A stretch of DNA of 64,000 nt from Methanomassiliicoccales archaeon (GTDB lineage Archaea > Thermoplasmatota > Thermoplasmata > Methanomassiliicoccales > JACIVX01), in contig JACIVX010000001.1 of the NCBI GenBank assembly GCA_014361295.1, positions 319,924 to 383,923 of the forward strand, read 5' to 3'. The notes under the pieces were generated by a model that did not search any database, had not been told where the DNA came from, and worked only from the letters and a program-made list of their open reading frames with translations. Positions 39,383-48,646 of the stretch are shown here, piece by piece. A program made the position numbers and the translations under genes. Positions within the stretch are counted from its first letter, which is position 1. Every line of letters begins with the position of its first letter.

Positions 39383-40630
39383 TCAACGGAGTCTTATCCT
39401 GATCGAATCGGCATGCGCATAGAGACCTTCTGCTTTCGCAAGTTCTTCAACAACACCTCCAATCAAGCTTAGGCCCTCTTTAGAAAGGGCCTGTATGAAT
39501 GATGCTTTGCAAAAATGACGAACATCAAGACCGGAGTATAAACTTGCGTAACCAGCTGTTGGAAGGACGTGATTCGGTCCAGCCGCATAGTCACCACAAG
39601 CAACTGGAGAATAAGAGCCGATAAAAATAGAGCCAGCATTATGGATCAGTCCGACTAACGCCATCGGGTCCTTCGTCTGAATTGAAAGGTGCTCGGGAGC
39701 GATTCGATCAATAATAATTGCTGCTTCTTCCATATTCCCAACAACGACCAAACCCATATTCCTAAGGGAACTCTCAATGATATTCCTTCTCTTCGCACTT
39801 CGGATCATTTCAATCATCGCGTGTTCTACATTCGAAGGCAATTCGCTATCGAGCGAAATGAGCATGCACATTGCATTTGGATCGTGTTCCGCCTGAGCCA
39901 TAAGGTCAGTGGCGACAAATTGTGGAACTGCGGTCTCATCTGCAACCACGACTATGTCGCTCGGACCTGCTGGGAAATCGATTCCAACTCGATCCATGAC
40001 GAGGAGCTTAGCAGCCGTTACAAAAATGTTCCCTGGACCTACAATCTTTTGAACCGGCCTTATGCTCTCGGTTCCAAATGCCATCGCGGCGATAGCCTGA
40101 GCCCCACCAATTCTATACACCTCGTCGACGCCAGCGATTTCAAACGCAGCGAGCGTTGCGTCGCTTCCAGGCGGAGGTGTACAGCAACAAATTTCATTCA
40201 CACCAGCAACTTTTGCAGGAACGACGCACATCAAAGCTGTTGAAGGATAAGACGCTTTTCCACCTGGGATATATGCACCGATACGTTTCAATGGAGTGAG
40301 TCTCACTCCAAGAGAGATCCCCTTATCCACTTCTTTGAACCAGGATTGACATTCCAACTGCATTTGATGAAATCGTTCAATGCGTAATTTTGCAATCTCT
40401 AGTGCTCGCCTCAGTGATGGTGAAATATTTTCGAGGGCTCTTTTCCGCTCTTGCCTACTGACCTCAATCGAATCAATCTTAATTCTATCAAATTTCTCAG
40501 TGAATTCGATGAGAGCTCTATCGCCCCTGTTCTTCACAGCCTCGAGGATTTCCATCACGGATGTCTTTACTGCTTCAAATTTTTCAGATCTCCTTTCAAG
40601 CCAAGTGTCTAAATCAAGGGGCTGCCACAT
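39383..40630 (-). CDS. hisD: Histidinol dehydrogenase
   Basis: 415 aa. HisD zinc-binding and NAD-binding regions are present ([14 protein letters not shown]). Confidence 0.9.
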   Translation of the reverse strand: MWQPLDLDTWLERRSEKFEAVKTSVMEILEAVKNRGDRALIEFTEKFDRIKIDSIEVSRQERKRALENISPSLRRALEIAKLRIERFHQMQLECQSWFKEVDKGISLGVRLTPLKRIGAYIPGGKASYPSTALMCVVPAKVAGVNEICCCTPPPGSDATLAAFEIAGVDEVYRIGGAQAIAAMAFGTESIRPVQKIVGPGNIFVTAAKLLVMDRVGIDFPAGPSDIVVVADETAVPQFVATDLMAQAEHDPNAMCMLISLDSELPSNVEHAMIEMIRSAKRRNIIESSLRNMGLVVVGNMEEAAIIIDRIAPEHLSIQTKDPMALVGLIHNAGSIFIGSYSPVACGDYAAGPNHVLPTAGYASLYSGLDVRHFCKASFIQALSKEGLSLIGGVVEELAKAEGLYAHADSIRIRLR

Positions 40631-40885
40631 AGATCACAGAACAACTAACGTGTACTTCTGATTTTTCTCAGAAGCATGTTAACCATATTAAAAGAGAACA
40701 AAAAATGGTCTCCGGTCATCGCACGAGTGAGAGTTGTAATGGTCCTAAAGAGGATTTATTCTTTTCTTTATGAATAAAAGTTAGTCCTCCCTGATCTATC
40801 ACTATACGTCAACTCGTAGTCATGACATGACCAGACGAAAAGGAATTTATACTACTTTTCGAGTACAGGGCGCAGAGGTATCACT

Positions 40886-41062
40886 ATGGTTGCAAAAGTG
40901 AACACGGATGAATGTGTTGGATGTGGAGCCTGCGCTGATGTTTGCCCACAGGAATGCATCGAAGTCGAGGATGTAGCGATCGTTGACGAGTCAAAGTGCC
41001 TTGATTGTGGCTCTTGCGCCGATGAATGCCCCAACAATTGTATCACAATTGAAAAGAAATAA
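40886..41062 (+). CDS. 2x[4Fe-4S] ferredoxin of 58 aa, absent from the ORF track
   Basis: MVAKVNTDECVGCGACADVCPQECIEVEDVAIVDESKCLDCGSCADECPNNCITIEKK, with two CxxCxxCxxxCP motifs. Confidence 0.8.
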   Translation: MVAKVNTDECVGCGACADVCPQECIEVEDVAIVDESKCLDCGSCADECPNNCITIEKK

Positions 41063-41239
41063 GGAGATCATCCATCACGCCGCCGTAAAATCAATTTTCC
41101 TCTGAAAATCAAAGCGACCCTTACAGGCCTCCATTTCTTTATTTATTCCATAAACTCTCGATGCTAAAATTCTCAATCATTCTCCAAGATCATTTCCCAT
41201 ATTTTTTAATGATTAACATATAAATATCTGATCGTAATT

Positions 41240-41989
41240 TTGCTAGTAGTGTCATTAACAGGCATTCTTCAATTGATCATACTGGCACTCGCAGCCGTCG
41301 TCCCCTCCCTGATTTTCCTTTCATGGTTTAGATCTGCAGGCACTGGTAGAAAGGAATCTTGGCTCCAACTTTTGATTCTATTTTTCTATGGCGCAATTGT
41401 AGCCGTTGTTATCGCCATTTTCATTGAATTCCTCGCCATTACTTTACTTCTCAGCCCAGTCTTCAGAGAATACGAATTTTTTTCCAGAAATCCATCACTC
41501 TGGTCACTCGTCATAGTGGTGATCATTGCTCCATTCGCTGAGGAATTTGCAAAAATGCTCGGCGTACTGAAATCGTCGATGAAATTGCGGCGAATGAGGA
41601 GTGGATTCGTTTTTGGCGCAGCAACAGGATTGGGATTTGCCGCGACAGAAAATCTCCTTTACGAGAGCGTTGCGATGGCTGAGGGAGGAGTTTTAATGTT
41701 CCTGATCGTTGCTCTATTGCGCAGCTACTCTTCAGCACTCCTGCATGGCTCTGCAACATCAATTGTTGGTTATGGCGTCGCAAAAAAGAGATTCGAAGGC
41801 AAATTGGTAATTCCATATTACCTATTTGCTGTGATGATGCATGGGACCTTTAACCTGCTCGCTTCCCTAGGAGGACTCTTCGACGGCGATAGCTCAATTA
41901 TTGCAAGTGGTTTTGGTCTGCTTCTTTCTTTTATTCTCGTTCTCTTTGCGATTAAATTCATTAACTCAAAATTAAATAAAAAACTCTGA
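41240..41989 (+). CDS. PrsW-family intramembrane metalloprotease
   Basis: Motifs APFAEEFAK (EExxK), ATENLLY (FxxxE-like), HGSATSIVG and HGTFN. Confidence 0.75.
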   Translation: MLVVSLTGILQLIILALAAVVPSLIFLSWFRSAGTGRKESWLQLLILFFYGAIVAVVIAIFIEFLAITLLLSPVFREYEFFSRNPSLWSLVIVVIIAPFAEEFAKMLGVLKSSMKLRRMRSGFVFGAATGLGFAATENLLYESVAMAEGGVLMFLIVALLRSYSSALLHGSATSIVGYGVAKKRFEGKLVIPYYLFAVMMHGTFNLLASLGGLFDGDSSIIASGFGLLLSFILVLFAIKFINSKLNKKL

Positions 41990-41997
41990 AGAACGAG

Positions 41998-42933
41998 TTA
42001 TGACCAATAGGGCTTCATGATATACTTATATGCGCTGTTTGCGGCCGTTGCCGCTTCCCCGCAAGCCGTGATGATCTGCTTGTATTTTCCGCTGTAGGTA
42101 ACGACATCCCCGCATGCGAATACTCCTGGCCGCGAGGTACGCATGGCTGTGTCCACCTTGATTAGATTATCTTCCAGTTCCACATTCCATCTCTGAATAT
42201 CTTTAAGATCGGGAGTATAGCCAATATTGATGACAACTACGTCGACATCAAGGTTCATCTTTTGGTCGCCCCCGACCTTAATAGTGACGCTGTTCACCGT
42301 TTGATCCCCTTTAATTTCTTCGAGTTCGGCGTTGAGTATTGTCTTTATCCTTGAACGCTTCACTTTTTCTACTACGCCTTCATCAGCTCTGAACTCATTT
42401 CGTCGGTGCACAATATATGTCTCGGCCACCTCAGATGCGATGAGAGCCATTTCTAGGGCACTATTACCACCGCCGACAAAAAGAACACGCTTATCGACGA
42501 GGCTTTCCTTATGAGGAATTTTGTAAAAAACCCCTTTATTCTCGAATTGATCCTCTCCCGGAATACCGAGTTTTTTTGGCTTGAAAAGCCCGATACCAAC
42601 GGCGATAATGACCGCCTTGGTTTCGTACTTCCGTTTGTCCGTGACAACGAGAAGTCGTGAGTCTTTCTCAAGAATATCAAGAGCCATCTCATTCTCATGA
42701 AGCTCACAGCCCATACTCAAGGCATGGGTTATCATTCTCTTTGCGAGCTTTTCAGCTTGTGTTAGGACGCAACCTGGATAATTCTCGATCCCTTTATCCG
42801 GATAAAGAGAAACTAGCTGTCCGCCGGCGTTGCCCGCTTCAAGAATCAGTGTCTTTAACTTGCGAGAGCGCGCGTAAATTCCAGCCGTCAACCCAGCAGG
42901 TCCTGCTCCAATGACAATCAGGTCGTAGGTCAT
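41998..42933 (-). CDS. Thioredoxin-reductase-like flavoprotein lacking the CxxC redox motif. Probably a TrxR-like ferredoxin-NADP+ oxidoreductase (YumC type).
   Basis: FAD motif GAGPAGLTAG and NADPH motif VGGGNSA are present. Where TrxB has CATC, this protein reads GVFYKIPHKESLVDKR with no cysteines. Confidence 0.65.
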   Translation of the reverse strand: MTYDLIVIGAGPAGLTAGIYARSRKLKTLILEAGNAGGQLVSLYPDKGIENYPGCVLTQAEKLAKRMITHALSMGCELHENEMALDILEKDSRLLVVTDKRKYETKAVIIAVGIGLFKPKKLGIPGEDQFENKGVFYKIPHKESLVDKRVLFVGGGNSALEMALIASEVAETYIVHRRNEFRADEGVVEKVKRSRIKTILNAELEEIKGDQTVNSVTIKVGGDQKMNLDVDVVVINIGYTPDLKDIQRWNVELEDNLIKVDTAMRTSRPGVFACGDVVTYSGKYKQIITACGEAATAANSAYKYIMKPYWS

Positions 42934-43054
42934 CTCTGATTGTGATTGACTTTCTCAACATAAGCATTTCTTTTCTTTCAAGAGGAAGTTATTAAAATCC
43001 TCTAGTCTTTTGCGAAAGATACACTTACATATTTCGGTGAAAATAGAGGTTTTC

Positions 43055-43582
43055 ATGCAAAAGACGATCAATGGGATTACTGTAAGGGTACTGAGAGGTG
43101 ATATCACCGAGATGGAGACGGAGGCGATCGTCAATGCTGCAAACAACATGCTATGGATGGGTGCTGGAGTAGCTGGTGCGATCAAGAAAAAAGGCGGAAA
43201 AGAAATTGAGGAGGAAGCATTGTCAAAAGGACCAATTCCAGTTGGCGAGGCAATTGTTACTGGGGCAGGCCGGCTAAAGGCCAAGTATGTGATTCATGCT
43301 GCCAGTATGGGTCAGGATTTGAAAACAGATGCCAAAAAGATTGCCTCCTGTACGTTGGCAAGTCTCAAGAGAGCGGACGAACTTGGAATCAAGAGCATAT
43401 CATTTCCTGCCATAGGAACTGGCGTAGGTGGTTTTTCAATTGATGAGGCTGCCGAGGTGATGATAAACACGATAATTGATTACATCAAAAGAGGTACGGG
43501 TCTGCAGTTGATTCAATTCACGTTATTTGATGAGGATACAAAGAAAGCTTTCGAAAATGTTCTCGAGCGCGTAGGGGATTGA
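43055..43582 (+). CDS. Macro domain protein (ADP-ribose / Appr-1''-p binding or processing, AF1521-like)
   Basis: IVNAANNMLWMGAGVAGAIKKKGG...AIVTGAGRLKAKYVIHAASMG...SISFPAIGTGVGG. Confidence 0.85.
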   Translation: MQKTINGITVRVLRGDITEMETEAIVNAANNMLWMGAGVAGAIKKKGGKEIEEEALSKGPIPVGEAIVTGAGRLKAKYVIHAASMGQDLKTDAKKIASCTLASLKRADELGIKSISFPAIGTGVGGFSIDEAAEVMINTIIDYIKRGTGLQLIQFTLFDEDTKKAFENVLERVGD

Positions 43583-43583
43583 T

Positions 43584-44141
43584 GTGGCGAGATTCAGGGC
43601 CTTCATTGCGGTCGATCTGAAGGCTAACGAAAAAATAGCGAAAGTTCTTGAAGAACTGAAGAACGCACTACCATCGCTCAAACTCGTTGATCAAGCAAAT
43701 GTGCATATTACTTTGAAATTCCTTGGAGATACTGATGAATCGCTGATTCCAGACATCAAAAAAATTATTGAAAGAGCAACAGTTGGATTAAGCCCATTCA
43801 CAATTTCGCTGATCGGGACTGGTGCTTTCCCATCAAAAACGAAAATTCGTGTGATCTGGATTGGAATCAGAAATGCTGAGCAACTCTCGATTATCGCGAA
43901 AAAACTCGATGAAGAATTGCACTCACTTGGATTTGAAAGGGAAAAGAGGGAATTCAGTCCACATTTGACTCTTGCAAGGGCGCGAGAGATCATTTCATCA
44001 ACGAAAATCGAGAAGCTCATCGATCAATACAGTGAAGAAGAATTTGGGAAGGAAGTGGTACAGTCAATCAGATTGAAGAAATCGGTGTTGACACCAAAGG
44101 GATCGATATACAGCACAGTGGATGAAGTGATATTGGGTTGA
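43584..44141 (+). CDS. RNA 2',3'-cyclic phosphodiesterase of the 2H family (LigT/ThpR)
   Basis: Two H-x-[TS]-x motifs, HITLKF and HLTLAR, in a 185-aa protein. It starts 2 nt after the macro gene stop. Confidence 0.8.
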   Translation: MARFRAFIAVDLKANEKIAKVLEELKNALPSLKLVDQANVHITLKFLGDTDESLIPDIKKIIERATVGLSPFTISLIGTGAFPSKTKIRVIWIGIRNAEQLSIIAKKLDEELHSLGFEREKREFSPHLTLARAREIISSTKIEKLIDQYSEEEFGKEVVQSIRLKKSVLTPKGSIYSTVDEVILG

Positions 44142-44267
44142 ATCAATCCGGCATGATGTATTGGCAGGATTTTCGACAGCAGCGATTTGCGAACTTTGAT
44201 GGAGTTATATTAAAAGTATTGATGCGATTATTATTCTCTCTGCCCCTCCAACTTTCTGTGAAACAAT

Positions 44268-44747
44268 ATGAAACTCAGGGGCAGAAATATCAGAAATGAT
44301 GCAGAAGGAGGTATTGAGGGTCTCCCGTTACAGCTGATCCTGATGGTGGTCATTGCTGGTATCGGGATGACAGTGATCCTTGGTTGGATGACAGGACTCG
44401 AAGCACCTAAAAGCATCGGCGCTGTTTATGCAACACCCAGTGAAATTATTCTGACAGACGAGAATTCCGACGGATTGTACGAAAAGAGCGACTTGACGCT
44501 CACAATCACCGTCGTCGATCAAAATGGAGATCCAGTTTCAGGCGCATCGGTAGTCCTGCAAGGTACGAATATTGCCTTTGAAGATGGAAGAACAGCCCAC
44601 GGTATGACGGATGCTTCGGGAAAGGTCAAATTCAGTGATCTCTCGCTTTCGCAGAGAGGTACGACAATCGGATTTGTAACTGTGACGGTGACGAAAAGCG
44701 GATATGGGACAGATTCGAGCCTAACGATACCTGTCATATCTGAGTGA
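44268..44747 (+). CDS. Small membrane-anchored extracytoplasmic protein with a Big/CarbopepD-like beta domain. Possibly pilin-like.
   Basis: N-terminus NDAEGGIEGLPLQLILMVVIAGIGMTVILGW (charged, then a hydrophobic helix). C-terminal beta-rich region TITVVDQNGDPVSGASVVLQG...TDASGKVKF. Confidence 0.4.
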   Translation: MKLRGRNIRNDAEGGIEGLPLQLILMVVIAGIGMTVILGWMTGLEAPKSIGAVYATPSEIILTDENSDGLYEKSDLTLTITVVDQNGDPVSGASVVLQGTNIAFEDGRTAHGMTDASGKVKFSDLSLSQRGTTIGFVTVTVTKSGYGTDSSLTIPVISE

Positions 44748-44753
44748 AGGGAT

Positions 44754-45233
44754 ATGAGACACTTCGATAAGAAGGGACTGGAGGGACTACCTCTTAAACT
44801 CATGATTATTTTTCTTATTCTCTCCCTCACTATGCCTATTCTTATCGAAAACGCGGAATACTACGATACCCTTGTCATTAAGAAAAATCTGATTATTGAA
44901 GCGGAAAAGATTCGCAAGGGAGCATATTCAGTGTATCTTTCTGGGCCAGAAAACCTGAGAACAATCAATGTTGAAATCCCGAAGGGAACTTTTGGCCAAG
45001 TTTGCAGGTTGGAATTTGGTGGCGGCATAAACGATAGTGCTTCATTGATGATCAAATGTTTCATCAATGACGATCTCTGCGGCACAATAATTCTCGACAA
45101 TCCGAGGATTTCCATTGTTTCAAATTCTGGTCAACCAATCGTGATCGAGAACGACAGTATTAAGTTGTCACTTTCTTGCGTCGAGATCGATCGGTCGAGG
45201 TTTGTTCAAGCTGAGGTGATATCACTTGATTGA
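44754..45233 (+). CDS. Small membrane-anchored protein sharing its N-terminal motif with the preceding gene
   Basis: KKGLEGLPLKLMIIFLILSLTMPILI. Both proteins share G-[IL]-E-G-L-P-L-x-L followed by a TM helix. Confidence 0.4.
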   Translation: MRHFDKKGLEGLPLKLMIIFLILSLTMPILIENAEYYDTLVIKKNLIIEAEKIRKGAYSVYLSGPENLRTINVEIPKGTFGQVCRLEFGGGINDSASLMIKCFINDDLCGTIILDNPRISIVSNSGQPIVIENDSIKLSLSCVEIDRSRFVQAEVISLD

Positions 45234-45663
45234 ATTCATGCTTTCGCGTTTTGCGGTTGGCTTGTGCAGTTTTTTAATCATCTGTTCTTTTCTCTCGATG
45301 TTCAATTCAATGAACTCCGAAGTGGAAAAGATGAGCATCAAAGACTCTTTGGCTGAAATATGCGATGTGTTTTATAATATCAGGAATTATCCATATGCAG
45401 AGCAGAAAATCTACATGAAAAATATATTGCCATCTGCGGATTGCGTTCTCATCGTCAAGAAAGGGTACATTAAGCTAATTGCTGGTGAGATGGAGTTTGC
45501 TTCGGCCATACCAGACAATATTATTTTAAAAGGCGATCAAGATGAAAACTCAGATGATTATTTTGTTGACATGCTTCGATTCGGTTACGGAGATATTCTC
45601 ATTCTAAAAACTATGGCAGGGGAAAATGGAAATACATTGGTCGTTCAGTTGGAAAAGATTTGA
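45226..45663 (+). CDS. Small hypothetical protein with an N-terminal hydrophobic helix
   Basis: MIEFMLSRFAVGLCSFLIICSFLSMF. Overlaps the upstream gene by 8 nt. Confidence 0.35.
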   Translation: MIEFMLSRFAVGLCSFLIICSFLSMFNSMNSEVEKMSIKDSLAEICDVFYNIRNYPYAEQKIYMKNILPSADCVLIVKKGYIKLIAGEMEFASAIPDNIILKGDQDENSDDYFVDMLRFGYGDILILKTMAGENGNTLVVQLEKI

Positions 45664-46856
45664 GCAATTTCTTGAACGGTCTCCACAAAGATCTGGCATT
45701 CTTCTAGCGTATTGTATATGTAAAAAGAGGCACGAGCACAACCGCTGCTCCCCCGTTTTAAGAAGAATGGATGCGCACAATGCATGCCGGATCTAATCAT
45801 GATTCCCTTCATTTGATCAAGCATCATTGCGACATCATGTGAACTCAGCCCTTTAATGTTGAAAGAAAAGATGTTACCTCTCAGCTTGCAATCAAGAGGC
45901 CCGAGAATTTCAATTGCTTGATCATTGCGCAGCCCCTCGGTTACTTTGCAGTTAAGTCTGCAAACGTGCTCTGAAATCGATTCAAGGCCAATTTGACTGA
46001 TATAATCGATTGCCACAGACGATCCTATTATGCCAGAGTAATTCAAGAGGCCTGATTCAAGTTTGTCTGGCAAAGGCAAAAACTCAACCTCATTCAGAGA
46101 AGCTGTGCTAACAGCTCCACCTCCCGTGATCAATGGATCGAGCTTTTCAAGAAGATCTTCCTTACCATAAAGTACACCGACGCCCGCTGGGCCAAGCATT
46201 TTGTGCATCGAGAATGCGTAAAAGTCCACATCCAATTCCTTAACATTGACTCGCATGTGGGGCGCTGCTTGTGCTCCATCTAGCATGACGATTGCCCCAT
46301 AATCATGCGCTATCTCGGTCACATCTTTCGCTGGAATACTCGTTCCAACGACATTATTTGCATGAGCAAAGCTAACAACCTTGACATCTCTTGACATCAT
46401 TGCCTTAAATGTTTCGAGATCAAAAATCCCATCCTTTGAAGTCTCAACAAATTTACGCCTGATGCCTTTGGATCTAGCAACCTGCATCCAGGGAATGTGA
46501 TTACTGTTGTGCTCGATGTCCGTCGTTAGTACTATATCGCCTTTTTTCAGGTCAAGACCCTTTGCAACGAGGTTGAGCGCTTCTGTGCAATTCTTTGTAA
46601 AGATAATTTCCTTTGGAGAAGAGGAATTGATGAACCCTGCAATTTTTTCGCGAGATTCGTCGATTTTGATTGAGACCTCCGTCGCGAAGCGATGTACACT
46701 GCGACCAGCGCAAGCAGGGTACTTCAAATAATACTCGTTTGAGGCTTCAATCACCTGTCTCGGACGAAGAGTTTGACATGCGTTATCGAAATAAATTGGG
46801 TCGTTGTCCCTGCCTGTGTAAACGGGAAAGTCCCTGCGTATCTTGTAAACATCCAT
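45645..46856 (-). CDS. Cysteine desulfurase, SufS/CsdA-like (class V aminotransferase)
   Basis: 403 aa, YFDNACQTLRPRQV...SMHKMLGPAGVGVLY, i.e. the PLP Lys region. Confidence 0.8.
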   Translation of the reverse strand: MDVYKIRRDFPVYTGRDNDPIYFDNACQTLRPRQVIEASNEYYLKYPACAGRSVHRFATEVSIKIDESREKIAGFINSSSPKEIIFTKNCTEALNLVAKGLDLKKGDIVLTTDIEHNSNHIPWMQVARSKGIRRKFVETSKDGIFDLETFKAMMSRDVKVVSFAHANNVVGTSIPAKDVTEIAHDYGAIVMLDGAQAAPHMRVNVKELDVDFYAFSMHKMLGPAGVGVLYGKEDLLEKLDPLITGGGAVSTASLNEVEFLPLPDKLESGLLNYSGIIGSSVAIDYISQIGLESISEHVCRLNCKVTEGLRNDQAIEILGPLDCKLRGNIFSFNIKGLSSHDVAMMLDQMKGIMIRSGMHCAHPFFLKRGSSGCARASFYIYNTLEECQIFVETVQEIAQIFSN

Positions 46857-46971
46857 ATTTCTGCCTTCAATCGCCTTTGCCCTATATTTTGATTGTTAAA
46901 AAGACAACAATCGAATTGTATTCGATTCATTGATGAATTTTAATATCTCAAGATCAACATAACCCAATTGA

Positions 46972-47886
46972 ATGATTTCGTTGCAGACGAAATTAAAAAG
47001 TCTTGTTCTTTCGAATCCCACAATGCTCGCATCTGGTATTCTCAGTGAGACTTCTGGTTGCATCATTGCTGCGGCAAAATCTGGTGCTGGCGCTGTCGTG
47101 ACGAAGTCGATTGGAAGTGTGCCAAGAGAGGGGTATCCTAATCCAACTGTGGTCGAGCTGGAGTTTGGCTACATCAACGCAATGGGCCTACCAAATCCAG
47201 GCATCGACGAATTTGGAAAGGAGGTGAAGGATTCACTTGGGTGCGGCGTTCCGATCATCGGAAGCATTTTTGCATCGGATGAAAAAGAATTCGCATATCT
47301 GAGCAAGAAAATGGAGGAATACGGCGTTGCAGCGCTTGAGCTCAATCTCAGTTGCCCTCATGCAAAGGGTTACGGGATGGAGATTGGGGTCGATCCAGAA
47401 ATTGTAAGAAAAATTGTCTCGATGATCAAAGATGAAATTCGGATTCCTGTTTTCGCAAAATTGACACCTAATACACATCGATTGATTGAAGTCGCAAAGG
47501 CTGTGGAGGAAGCTGGTGGTGACGGTGTTGTCGCGATCAACACAGTTAAAGCAATGTCGATCTCAATCGATTTCAAACGACCAGTTCTGGCAAATCGATA
47601 TGGAGGGTTATCTGGACCGGCTATCAAGCCAATCGGTATTAGATGTGTCTACGAGCTTTACGATGCCCTTGATATTCCTATTATCGGGGTCGGAGGGATA
47701 GAAACGTGGAAAGATGCGGTTGAATATCTTATGGCAGGGGCGACCGCATTGCAGATTGGTAGTGCCGTTCGAAAAAGAGGTTTGGGTGTTTTTAGGAACA
47801 TAAACAATGGTCTAAGAAGATTCTTAGAAAAGGAGGGATACAGCGCAATTAGCGAAATCGTGGGGGTCGCGCATGAGTTTTCATAA
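46972..47886 (+). CDS. pyrD: Dihydroorotate dehydrogenase, catalytic subunit (class 1B)
   Basis: NPTMLASGIL...YINAMGLPNPG...NLSCPH. Confidence 0.9.
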   Translation: MISLQTKLKSLVLSNPTMLASGILSETSGCIIAAAKSGAGAVVTKSIGSVPREGYPNPTVVELEFGYINAMGLPNPGIDEFGKEVKDSLGCGVPIIGSIFASDEKEFAYLSKKMEEYGVAALELNLSCPHAKGYGMEIGVDPEIVRKIVSMIKDEIRIPVFAKLTPNTHRLIEVAKAVEEAGGDGVVAINTVKAMSISIDFKRPVLANRYGGLSGPAIKPIGIRCVYELYDALDIPIIGVGGIETWKDAVEYLMAGATALQIGSAVRKRGLGVFRNINNGLRRFLEKEGYSAISEIVGVAHEFS

Positions 47887-48646
47887 AGCGGTCACTATTA
47901 AGGAAGTCGTGGCGGAAGCCAATGGCGTTAAGACATTGAGATTCTTTCTGAGAAGAAAATGTCTTCCCGGTCAGTTTCTCATGATTTGGATCCCAGGTAT
48001 TGACGAGATCCCAATGTCCCTTTCTTATATAGGAAGTCTCAAGGGCATTACGGTTAAGGAGGTTGGTGAGGCGACGAGGGCGCTATGCTCGCTTCGTCCT
48101 GGCGACCAGCTAGGTGTACGAGGCCCTTACGGCAGGGGTTTTTCACTCGGCAGGGGGAGTGTTTTATGTGTCGGCGGAGGAAACGGGATCGCGTCGCTAA
48201 TGCCTGCCGCAGAAGCGTTGAAACGAGATTTAGTCGATTTCGCAATCGGCGCCAAAACTGAGACGGAACTGGTTTTCGTAGAAAGAGCAAAGAAATGCTC
48301 GAATTATGTCGCAATTTCAACGGATGATGGAACGAAGGGATTCAAAGGAACTGTCGTCGAGCTGGCTGCAAGGATGATGGATAAGAAGAAGTATGATTCA
48401 GTGTTGGCATGTGGTCCCGAACCGATGCTTTTTCAATTATTCGATCTCTGCAAGAAATATGATGTTGATTGCCAGTTTTCATTGGAAAGATTCATGAAGT
48501 GTGGTATCGGGATATGCGGATCGTGCGCGATCAACGGTATAAGGGTATGTAGAGAAGGGCCTGTTTTTTCCAGAAGAGAACTTGAATCACTCATGGAATT
48601 TGGCAGATTCAGAAGGGATGCATCAGGCGTGCGAATTACATTTTGA
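47873..48646 (+). CDS. pyrK: Dihydroorotate dehydrogenase electron-transfer subunit
   Basis: FAD/NAD-binding fold plus a C-terminal CGIGICGSC 2Fe-2S motif. Overlaps pyrD by 14 nt. Confidence 0.85.
   Translation: MSFHKAVTIKEVVAEANGVKTLRFFLRRKCLPGQFLMIWIPGIDEIPMSLSYIGSLKGITVKEVGEATRALCSLRPGDQLGVRGPYGRGFSLGRGSVLCVGGGNGIASLMPAAEALKRDLVDFAIGAKTETELVFVERAKKCSNYVAISTDDGTKGFKGTVVELAARMMDKKKYDSVLACGPEPMLFQLFDLCKKYDVDCQFSLERFMKCGIGICGSCAINGIRVCREGPVFSRRELESLMEFGRFRRDASGVRITF

Noticed and set aside
39689-40243. 184-aa plus-strand ORF inside hisD
   Set aside because: It is antisense to a full-length, well-conserved histidinol dehydrogenase.
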